A stretch of 64,000 nt of DNA from Naegleria gruberi. Taxonomy: Eukaryota. The stretch lies in the NCBI GenBank assembly GCA_000004985.1, contig GG738845.1; one strand, given 5' to 3'. Below, one piece after another: positions 53,801-64,000 of the stretch. A program made the position numbers and the translations under genes. Position 1 is the stretch's first letter, and each line of letters begins with the position of its first letter. The notes under the pieces were generated by a model that was given only the letters and a program-made list of their open reading frames with translations, was not told where the DNA came from and searched no databases.

Positions 53801-56800
53801 NNNNNNNNNNNNNNNNNNNNNNNNNNNNNNNNNNNNNNNNNNNNNNNNNNNNNNNNNNNNNNNNNNNNNNNNNNNNNNNNNNNNNNNNNNNNNNNNNNNN
53901 NNNNNNNNNNNNNNNNNNNNNNNNNNNNNNNNNNNNNNNNNNNNNNNNNNNNNNNNNNNNNNNNNNNNNNNNNNNNNNNNNNNNNNNNNNNNNNNNNNNN
54001 NNNNNNNNNNNNNNNNNNNNNNNNNNNNNNNNNNNNNNNNNNNNNNNNNNNNNNNNNNNNNNNNNNNNNNNNNNNNNNNNNNNNNNNNNNNNNNNNNNNN
54101 NNNNNNNNNNNNNNNNNNNNNNNNNNNNNNNNNNNNNNNNNNNNNNNNNNNNNNNNNNNNNNNNNNNNNNNNNNNNNNNNNNNNNNNNNNNNNNNNNNNN
54201 NNNNNNNNNNNNNNNNNNNNNNNNNNNNNNNNNNNNNNNNNNNNNNNNNNNNNNNNNNNNNNNNNNNNNNNNNNNNNNNNNNNNNNNNNNNNNNNNNNNN
54301 NNNNNNNNNNNNNNNNNNNNNNNNNNNNNNNNNNNNNNNNNNNNNNNNNNNNNNNNNNNNNNNNNNNNNNNNNNNNNNNNNNNNNNNNNNNNNNNNNNNN
54401 NNNNNNNNNNNNNNNNNNNNNNNNNNNNNNNNNNNNNNNNNNNNNNNNNNNNNNNNNNNNNNNNNNNNNNNNNNNNNNNNNNNNNNNNNNNNNNNNNNNN
54501 NNNNNNNNNNNNNNNNNNNNNNNNNNNNNNNNNNNNNNNNNNNNNNNNNNNNNNNNNNNNNNNNNNNNNNNNNNNNNNNNNNNNNNNNNNNNNNNNNNNN
54601 NNNNNNNNNNNNNNNNNNNNNNNNNNNNNNNNNNNNNNNNNNNNNNNNNNNNNNNNNNNNNNNNNNNNNNNNNNNNNNNNNNNNNNNNNNNNNNNNNNNN
54701 NNNNNNNNNNNNNNNNNNNNNNNNNNNNNNNNNNNNNNNNNNNNNNNNNNNNNNNNNNNNNNNNNNNNNNNNNNNNNNNNNNNNNNNNNNNNNNNNNNNN
54801 NNNNNNNNNNNNNNNNNNNNNNNNNNNNNNNNNNNNNNNNNNNNNNNNNNNNNNNNNNNNNNNNNNNNNNNNNNNNNNNNNNNNNNNNNNNNNNNNNNNN
54901 NNNNNNNNNNNNNNNNNNNNNNNNNNNNNNNNNNNNNNNNNNNNNNNNNNNNNNNNNNNNNNNNNNNNNNNNNNNNNNNNNNNNNNNNNNNNNNNNNNNN
55001 NNNNNNNNNNNNNNNNNNNNNNNNNNNNNNNNNNNNNNNNNNNNNNNNNNNNNNNNNNNNNNNNNNNNNNNNNNNNNNNNNNNNNNNNNNNNNNNNNNNN
55101 NNNNNNNNNNNNNNNNNNNNNNNNNNNNNNNNNNNNNNNNNNNNNNNNNNNNNNNNNNNNNNNNNNNNNNNNNNNNNNNNNNNNNNNNNNNNNNNNNNNN
55201 NNNNNNNNNNNNNNNNNNNNNNNNNNNNNNNNNNNNNNNNNNNNNNNNNNNNNNNNNNNNNNNNNNNNNNNNNNNNNNNNNNNNNNNNNNNNNNNNNNNN
55301 NNNNNNNNNNNNNNNNNNNNNNNNNNNNNNNNNNNNNNNNNNNNNNNNNNNNNNNNNNNNNNNNNNNNNNNNNNNNNNNNNNNNNNNNNNNNNNNNNNNN
55401 NNNNNNNNNNNNNNNNNNNNNNNNNNNNNNNNNNNNNNNNNNNNNNNNNNNNNNNNNNNNNNNNNNNNNNNNNNNNNNNNNNNNNNNNNNNNNNNNNNNN
55501 NNNNNNNNNNNNNNNNNNNNNNNNNNNNNNNNNNNNNNNNNNNNNNNNNNNNNNNNNNNNNNNNNNNNNNNNNNNNNNNNNNNNNNNNNNNNNNNNNNNN
55601 NNNNNNNNNNNNNNNNNNNNNNNNNNNNNNNNNNNNNNNNNNNNNNNNNNNNNNNNNNNNNNNNNNNNNNNNNNNNNNNNNNNNNNNNNNNNNNNNNNNN
55701 NNNNNNNNNNNNNNNNNNNNNNNNNNNNNNNNNNNNNNNNNNNNNNNNNNNNNNNNNNNNNNNNNNNNNNNNNNNNNNNNNNNNNNNNNNNNNNNNNNNN
55801 NNNNNNNNNNNNNNNNNNNNNNNNNNNNNNNNNNNNNNNNNNNNNNNNNNNNNNNNNNNNNNNNNNNNNNNNNNNNNNNNNNNNNNNNNNNNNNNNNNNN
55901 NNNNNNNNNNNNNNNNNNNNNNNNNNNNNNNNNNNNNNNNNNNNNNNNNNNNNNNNNNNNNNNNNNNNNNNNNNNNNNNNNNNNNNNNNNNNNNNNNNNN
56001 NNNNNNNNNNNNNNNNNNNNNNNNNNNNNNNNNNNNNNNNNNNNNNNNNNNNNNNNNNNNNNNNNNNNNNNNNNNNNNNNNNNNNNNNNNNNNNNNNNNN
56101 NNNNNNNNNNNNNNNNNNNNNNNNNNNNNNNNNNNNNNNNNNNNNNNNNNNNNNNNNNNNNNNNNNNNNNNNNNNNNNNNNNNNNNNNNNNNNNNNNNNN
56201 NNNNNNNNNNNNNNNNNNNNNNNNNNNNNNNNNNNNNNNNNNNNNNNNNNNNNNNNNNNNNNNNNNNNNNNNNNNNNNNNNNNNNNNNNNNNNNNNNNNN
56301 NNNNNNNNNNNNNNNNNNNNNNNNNNNNNNNNNNNNNNNNNNNNNNNNNNNNNNNNNNNNNNNNNNNNNNNNNNNNNNNNNNNNNNNNNNNNNNNNNNNN
56401 NNNNNNNNNNNNNNNNNNNNNNNNNNNNNNNNNNNNNNNNNNNNNNNNNNNNNNNNNNNNNNNNNNNNNNNNNNNNNNNNNNNNNNNNNNNNNNNNNNNN
56501 NNNNNNNNNNNNNNNNNNNNNNNNNNNNNNNNNNNNNNNNNNNNNNNNNNNNNNNNNNNNNNNNNNNNNNNNNNNNNNNNNNNNNNNNNNNNNNNNNNNN
56601 NNNNNNNNNNNNNNNNNNNNNNNNNNNNNNNNNNNNNNNNNNNNNNNNNNNNNNNNNNNNNNNNNNNNNNNNNNNNNNNNNNNNNNNNNNNNNNNNNNNN
56701 NNNNNNNNNNNNNNNNNNNNNNNNNNNNNNNNNNNNNNNNNNNNNNNNNNNNNNNNNNNNNNNNNNNNNNNNNNNNNNNNNNNNNNNNNNNNNNNNNNNN

Positions 56801-59800
56801 NNNNNNNNNNNNNNNNNNNNNNNNNNNNNNNNNNNNNNNNNNNNNNNNNNNNNNNNNNNNNNNNNNNNNNNNNNNNNNNNNNNNNNNNNNNNNNNNNNNN
56901 NNNNNNNNNNNNNNNNNNNNNNNNNNNNNNNNNNNNNNNNNNNNNNNNNNNNNNNNNNNNNNNNNNNNNNNNNNNNNNNNNNNNNNNNNNNNNNNNNNNN
57001 NNNNNNNNNNNNNNNNNNNNNNNNNNNNNNNNNNNNNNNNNNNNNNNNNNNNNNNNNNNNNNNNNNNNNNNNNNNNNNNNNNNNNNNNNNNNNNNNNNNN
57101 NNNNNNNNNNNNNNNNNNNNNNNNNNNNNNNNNNNNNNNNNNNNNNNNNNNNNNNNNNNNNNNNNNNNNNNNNNNNNNNNNNNNNNNNNNNNNNNNNNNN
57201 NNNNNNNNNNNNNNNNNNNNNNNNNNNNNNNNNNNNNNNNNNNNNNNNNNNNNNNNNNNNNNNNNNNNNNNNNNNNNNNNNNNNNNNNNNNNNNNNNNNN
57301 NNNNNNNNNNNNNNNNNNNNNNNNNNNNNNNNNNNNNNNNNNNNNNNNNNNNNNNNNNNNNNNNNNNNNNNNNNNNNNNNNNNNNNNNNNNNNNNNNNNN
57401 NNNNNNNNNNNNNNNNNNNNNNNNNNNNNNNNNNNNNNNNNNNNNNNNNNNNNNNNNNNNNNNNNNNNNNNNNNNNNNNNNNNNNNNNNNNNNNNNNNNN
57501 NNNNNNNNNNNNNNNNNNNNNNNNNNNNNNNNNNNNNNNNNNNNNNNNNNNNNNNNNNNNNNNNNNNNNNNNNNNNNNNNNNNNNNNNNNNNNNNNNNNN
57601 NNNNNNNNNNNNNNNNNNNNNNNNNNNNNNNNNNNNNNNNNNNNNNNNNNNNNNNNNNNNNNNNNNNNNNNNNNNNNNNNNNNNNNNNNNNNNNNNNNNN
57701 NNNNNNNNNNNNNNNNNNNNNNNNNNNNNNNNNNNNNNNNNNNNNNNNNNNNNNNNNNNNNNNNNNNNNNNNNNNNNNNNNNNNNNNNNNNNNNNNNNNN
57801 NNNNNNNNNNNNNNNNNNNNNNNNNNNNNNNNNNNNNNNNNNNNNNNNNNNNNNNNNNNNNNNNNNNNNNNNNNNNNNNNNNNNNNNNNNNNNNNNNNNN
57901 NNNNNNNNNNNNNNNNNNNNNNNNNNNNNNNNNNNNNNNNNNNNNNNNNNNNNNNNNNNNNNNNNNNNNNNNNNNNNNNNNNNNNNNNNNNNNNNNNNNN
58001 NNNNNNNNNNNNNNNNNNNNNNNNNNNNNNNNNNNNNNNNNNNNNNNNNNNNNNNNNNNNNNNNNNNNNNNNNNNNNNNNNNNNNNNNNNNNNNNNNNNN
58101 NNNNNNNNNNNNNNNNNNNNNNNNNNNNNNNNNNNNNNNNNNNNNNNNNNNNNNNNNNNNNNNNNNNNNNNNNNNNNNNNNNNNNNNNNNNNNNNNNNNN
58201 NNNNNNNNNNNNNNNNNNNNNNNNNNNNNNNNNNNNNNNNNNNNNNNNNNNNNNNNNNNNNNNNNNNNNNNNNNNNNNNNNNNNNNNNNNNNNNNNNNNN
58301 NNNNNNNNNNNNNNNNNNNNNNNNNNNNNNNNNNNNNNNNNNNNNNNNNNNNNNNNNNNNNNNNNNNNNNNNNNNNNNNNNNNNNNNNNNNNNNNNNNNN
58401 NNNNNNNNNNNNNNNNNNNNNNNNNNNNNNNNNNNNNNNNNNNNNNNNNNNNNNNNNNNNNNNNNNNNNNNNNNNNNNNNNNNNNNNNNNNNNNNNNNNN
58501 NNNNNNNNNNNNNNNNNNNNNNNNNNNNNNNNNNNNNNNNNNNNNNNNNNNNNNNNNNNNNNNNNNNNNNNNNNNNNNNNNNNNNNNNNNNNNNNNNNNN
58601 NNNNNNNNNNNNNNNNNNNNNNNNNNNNNNNNNNNNNNNNNNNNNNNNNNNNNNNNNNNNNNNNNNNNNNNNNNNNNNNNNNNNNNNNNNNNNNNNNNNN
58701 NNNNNNNNNNNNNNNNNNNNNNNNNNNNNNNNNNNNNNNNNNNNNNNNNNNNNNNNNNNNNNNNNNNNNNNNNNNNNNNNNNNNNNNNNNNNNNNNNNNN
58801 NNNNNNNNNNNNNNNNNNNNNNNNNNNNNNNNNNNNNNNNNNNNNNNNNNNNNNNNNNNNNNNNNNNNNNNNNNNNNNNNNNNNNNNNNNNNNNNNNNNN
58901 NNNNNNNNNNNNNNNNNNNNNNNNNNNNNNNNNNNNNNNNNNNNNNNNNNNNNNNNNNNNNNNNNNNNNNNNNNNNNNNNNNNNNNNNNNNNNNNNNNNN
59001 NNNNNNNNNNNNNNNNNNNNNNNNNNNNNNNNNNNNNNNNNNNNNNNNNNNNNNNNNNNNNNNNNNNNNNNNNNNNNNNNNNNNNNNNNNNNNNNNNNNN
59101 NNNNNNNNNNNNNNNNNNNNNNNNNNNNNNNNNNNNNNNNNNNNNNNNNNNNNNNNNNNNNNNNNNNNNNNNNNNNNNNNNNNNNNNNNNNNNNNNNNNN
59201 NNNNNNNNNNNNNNNNNNNNNNNNNNNNNNNNNNNNNNNNNNNNNNNNNNNNNNNNNNNNNNNNNNNNNNNNNNNNNNNNNNNNNNNNNNNNNNNNNNNN
59301 NNNNNNNNNNNNNNNNNNNNNNNNNNNNNNNNNNNNNNNNNNNNNNNNNNNNNNNNNNNNNNNNNNNNNNNNNNNNNNNNNNNNNNNNNNNNNNNNNNNN
59401 NNNNNNNNNNNNNNNNNNNNNNNNNNNNNNNNNNNNNNNNNNNNNNNNNNNNNNNNNNNNNNNNNNNNNNNNNNNNNNNNNNNNNNNNNNNNNNNNNNNN
59501 NNNNNNNNNNNNNNNNNNNNNNNNNNNNNNNNNNNNNNNNNNNNNNNNNNNNNNNNNNNNNNNNNNNNNNNNNNNNNNNNNNNNNNNNNNNNNNNNNNNN
59601 NNNNNNNNNNNNNNNNNNNNNNNNNNNNNNNNNNNNNNNNNNNNNNNNNNNNNNNNNNNNNNNNNNNNNNNNNNNNNNNNNNNNNNNNNNNNNNNNNNNN
59701 NNNNNNNNNNNNNNNNNNNNNNNNNNNNNNNNNNNNNNNNNNNNNNNNNNNNNNNNNNNNNNNNNNNNNNNNNNNNNNNNNNNNNNNNNNNNNNNNNNNN

Positions 59801-62800
59801 NNNNNNNNNNNNNNNNNNNNNNNNNNNNNNNNNNNNNNNNNNNNNNNNNNNNNNNNNNNNNNNNNNNNNNNNNNNNNNNNNNNNNNNNNNNNNNNNNNNN
59901 NNNNNNNNNNNNNNNNNNNNNNNNNNNNNNNNNNNNNNNNNNNNNNNNNNNNNNNNNNNNNNNNNNNNNNNNNNNNNNNNNNNNNNNNNNNNNNNNNNNN
60001 NNNNNNNNNNNNNNNNNNNNNNNNNNNNNNNNNNNNNNNNNNNNNNNNNNNNNNNNNNNNNNNNNNNNNNNNNNNNNNNNNNNNNNNNNNNNNNNNNNNN
60101 NNNNNNNNNNNNNNNNNNNNNNNNNNNNNNNNNNNNNNNNNNNNNNNNNNNNNNNNNNNNNNNNNNNNNNNNNNNNNNNNNNNNNNNNNNNNNNNNNNNN
60201 NNNNNNNNNNNNNNNNNNNNNNNNNNNNNNNNNNNNNNNNNNNNNNNNNNNNNNNNNNNNNNNNNNNNNNNNNNNNNNNNNNNNNNNNNNNNNNNNNNNN
60301 NNNNNNNNNNNNNNNNNNNNNNNNNNNNNNNNNNNNNNNNNNNNNNNNNNNNNNNNNNNNNNNNNNNNNNNNNNNNNNNNNNNNNNNNNNNNNNNNNNNN
60401 NNNNNNNNNNNNNNNNNNNNNNNNNNNNNNNNNNNNNNNNNNNNNNNNNNNNNNNNNNNNNNNNNNNNNNNNNNNNNNNNNNNNNNNNNNNNNNNNNNNN
60501 NNNNNNNNNNNNNNNNNNNNNNNNNNNNNNNNNNNNNNNNNNNNNNNNNNNNNNNNNNNNNNNNNNNNNNNNNNNNNNNNNNNNNNNNNNNNNNNNNNNN
60601 NNNNNNNNNNNNNNNNNNNNNNNNNNNNNNNNNNNNNNNNNNNNNNNNNNNNNNNNNNNNNNNNNNNNNNNNNNNNNNNNNNNNNNNNNNNNNNNNNNNN
60701 NNNNNNNNNNNNNNNNNNNNNNNNNNNNNNNNNNNNNNNNNNNNNNNNNNNNNNNNNNNNNNNNNNNNNNNNNNNNNNNNNNNNNNNNNNNNNNNNNNNN
60801 NNNNNNNNNNNNNNNNNNNNNNNNNNNNNNNNNNNNNNNNNNNNNNNNNNNNNNNNNNNNNNNNNNNNNNNNNNNNNNNNNNNNNNNNNNNNNNNNNNNN
60901 NNNNNNNNNNNNNNNNNNNNNNNNNNNNNNNNNNNNNNNNNNNNNNNNNNNNNNNNNNNNNNNNNNNNNNNNNNNNNNNNNNNNNNNNNNNNNNNNNNNN
61001 NNNNNNNNNNNNNNNNNNNNNNNNNNNNNNNNNNNNNNNNNNNNNNNNNNNNNNNNNNNNNNNNNNNNNNNNNNNNNNNNNNNNNNNNNNNNNNNNNNNN
61101 NNNNNNNNNNNNNNNNNNNNNNNNNNNNNNNNNNNNNNNNNNNNNNNNNNNNNNNNNNNNNNNNNNNNNNNNNNNNNNNNNNNNNNNNNNNNNNNNNNNN
61201 NNNNNNNNNNNNNNNNNNNNNNNNNNNNNNNNNNNNNNNNNNNNNNNNNNNNNNNNNNNNNNNNNNNNNNNNNNNNNNNNNNNNNNNNNNNNNNNNNNNN
61301 NNNNNNNNNNNNNNNNNNNNNNNNNNNNNNNNNNNNNNNNNNNNNNNNNNNNNNNNNNNNNNNNNNNNNNNNNNNNNNNNNNNNNNNNNNNNNNNNNNNN
61401 NNNNNNNNNNNNNNNNNNNNNNNNNNNNNNNNNNNNNNNNNNNNNNNNNNNNNNNNNNNNNNNNNNNNNNNNNNNNNNNNNNNNNNNNNNNNNNNNNNNN
61501 NNNNNNNNNNNNNNNNNNNNNNNNNNNNNNNNNNNNNNNNNNNNNNNNNNNNNNNNNNNNNNNNNNNNNNNNNNNNNNNNNNNNNNNNNNNNNNNNNNNN
61601 NNNNNNNNNNNNNNNNNNNNNNNNNNNNNNNNNNNNNNNNNNNNNNNNNNNNNNNNNNNNNNNNNNNNNNNNNNNNNNNNNNNNNNNNNNNNNNNNNNNN
61701 NNNNNNNNNNNNNNNNNNNNNNNNNNNNNNNNNNNNNNNNNNNNNNNNNNNNNNNNNNNNNNNNNNNNNNNNNNNNNNNNNNNNNNNNNNNNNNNNNNNN
61801 NNNNNNNNNNNNNNNNNNNNNNNNNNNNNNNNNNNNNNNNNNNNNNNNNNNNNNNNNNNNNNNNNNNNNNNNNNNNNNNNNNNNNNNNNNNNNNNNNNNN
61901 NNNNNNNNNNNNNNNNNNNNNNNNNNNNNNNNNNNNNNNNNNNNNNNNNNNNNNNNNNNNNNNNNNNNNNNNNNNNNNNNNNNNNNNNNNNNNNNNNNNN
62001 NNNNNNNNNNNNNNNNNNNNNNNNNNNNNNNNNNNNNNNNNNNNNNNNNNNNNNNNNNNNNNNNNNNNNNNNNNNNNNNNNNNNNNNNNNNNNNNNNNNN
62101 NNNNNNNNNNNNNNNNNNNNNNNNNNNNNNNNNNNNNNNNNNNNNNNNNNNNNNNNNNNNNNNNNNNNNNNNNNNNNNNNNNNNNNNNNNNNNNNNNNNN
62201 NNNNNNNNNNNNNNNNNNNNNNNNNNNNNNNNNNNNNNNNNNNNNNNNNNNNNNNNNNNNNNNNNNNNNNNNNNNNNNNNNNNNNNNNNNNNNNNNNNNN
62301 NNNNNNNNNNNNNNNNNNNNNNNNNNNNNNNNNNNNNNNNNNNNNNNNNNNNNNNNNNNNNNNNNNNNNNNNNNNNNNNNNNNNNNNNNNNNNNNNNNNN
62401 NNNNNNNNNNNNNNNNNNNNNNNNNNNNNNNNNNNNNNNNNNNNNNNNNNNNNNNNNNNNNNNNNNNNNNNNNNNNNNNNNNNNNNNNNNNNNNNNNNNN
62501 NNNNNNNNNNNNNNNNNNNNNNNNNNNNNNNNNNNNNNNNNNNNNNNNNNNNNNNNNNNNNNNNNNNNNNNNNNNNNNNNNNNNNNNNNNNNNNNNNNNN
62601 NNNNNNNNNNNNNNNNNNNNNNNNNNNNNNNNNNNNNNNNNNNNNNNNNNNNNNNNNNNNNNNNNNNNNNNNNNNNNNNNNNNNNNNNNNNNNNNNNNNN
62701 NNNNNNNNNNNNNNNNNNNNNNNNNNNNNNNNNNNNNNNNNNNNNNNNNNNNNNNNNNNNNNNNNNNNNNNNNNNNNNNNNNNNNNNNNNNNNNNNNNNN

Positions 62801-64000
62801 NNNNNNNNNNNNNNNNNNNNNNNNNNNNNNNNNNNNNNNNNNNNNNNNNNNNNNNNNNNNNNNNNNNNNNNNNNNNNNNNNNNNNNNNNNNNNNNNNNNN
62901 NNNNNNNNNNNNNNNNNNNNNNNNNNNNNNNNNNNNNNNNNNNNNNNNNNNNNNNNNNNNNNNNNNNNNNNNNNNNNNNNNNNNNNNNNNNNNNNNNNNN
63001 NNNNNNNNNNNNNNNNNNNNNNNNNNNNNNNNNNNNNNNNNNNNNNNNNNNNNNNNNNNNNNNNNNNNNNNNNNNNNNNNNNNNNNNNNNNNNNNNNNNN
63101 NNNNNNNNNNNNNNNNNNNNNNNNNNNNNNNNNNNNNNNNNNNNNNNNNNNNNNNNNNNNNNNNNNNNNNNNNNNNNNNNNNNNNNNNNNNNNNNNNNNN
63201 NNNNNNNNNNNNNNNNNNNNNNNNNNNNNNNNNNNNNNNNNNNNNNNNNNNNNNNNNNNNNNNNNNNNNNNNNNNNNNNNNNNNNNNNNNNNNNNNNNNN
63301 NNNNNNNNNNNNNNNNNNNNNNNNNNNNNNNNNNNNNNNNNNNNNNNNNNNNNNNNNNNNNNNNNNNNNNNNNNNNNNNNNNNNNNNNNNNNNNNNNNNN
63401 NNNNNNNNNNNNNNNNNNNNNNNNNNNNNNNNNNNNNNNNNNNNNNNNNNNNNNNNNNNNNNNNNNNNNNNNNNNNNNNNNNNNNNNNNNNNNNNNNNNN
63501 NNNNNNNNNNNNNNNNNNNNNNNNNNNNNNNNNNNNNNNNNNNNNNNNNNNNNNNNNNNNNNNNNNNNNNNNNNNNNNNNNNNNNNNNNNNNNNNNNNNN
63601 NNNNNNNNNNNNNNNNNNNNNNNNNNNNNNNNNNNNNNNNNNNNNNNNNNNNNNNNNNNNNNNNNNNNNNNNNNNNNNNNNNNNNNNNNNNNNNNNNNNN
63701 NNNNNNNNNNNNNNNNNNNNNNNNNNNNNNNNNNNNNNNNNNNNNNNNNNNNNNNNNNNNNNNNNNNNNNNNNNNNNNNNNNNNNNNNNNNNNNNNNNNN
63801 NNNNNNNNNNNNNNNNNNNNNNNNNNNNNNNNNNNNNNNNNNNNNNNNNNNNNNNNNNNNNNNNNNNNNNNNNNNNNNNNNNNNNNNNNNNNNNNNNNNN
63901 NNNNNNNNNNNNNNNNNNNNNNNNNNNNNNNNNNNNNNNNNNNNNNNNNNNNNNNNNNNNNNNNNNNNNNNNNNNNNNNNNNNNNNNNNNNNNNNNNNNN
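29881..64000. other. assembly gap / unsequenced region (34,120 consecutive N to the end of the window)
   Basis: Uninterrupted N from 29881 to 64000. There is nothing here to annotate. Confidence 0.99.

Overview
The window holds about 29.9 kb of real sequence. The rest is assembly gap: 50 N at 28547-28596 and one unbroken N run from 29881 to 64000, which is 53% of the window. The real sequence is AT-rich nuclear DNA from a spliceosomal eukaryote with a very compact genome. It carries ten protein-coding genes. I defined eleven GT-AG introns by reading frame across junctions, and all are tiny, 40-73 bp. Intergenic spacers run from 36 bp to a few hundred bp. Genes recognised by motif and whole-length similarity are BRR2/SNRNP200 (intronless, 2108 aa), methylsterol monooxygenase MSMO1/ERG25, a syntaxin-1-like Qa-SNARE, a TTLL tubulin-modifying enzyme, CFAP57/WDR65 (cut off by the gap), a TAF4-like TFIID subunit, an exportin-4-like karyopherin, a long coiled-coil protein with an E/R/K repeat region, and an unknown N/S/Q-rich protein running off the window start. 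The most unusual gene is a single ORF fusing a MOCOS-type NifS-like cysteine-desulfurase domain to a bacterial-type TtcA PP-loop tRNA 2-thiocytidine synthetase domain. This architecture looks like a self-contained sulfur relay and I do not recognise it as described. A second notable signal is a near-identical composite promoter motif at two unrelated genes: an E2F-like GCGCCAAA site followed by the palindrome TTGTACAA. I found no rRNA, tRNA, CRISPR or recognisable transposon. The gene content (cilia genes plus sterol biosynthesis, with MSMO1, BRR2 and CFAP57 all highly similar to their human counterparts) suggests a ciliated opisthokont or metazoan-like organism. The species cannot be named from sequence alone.
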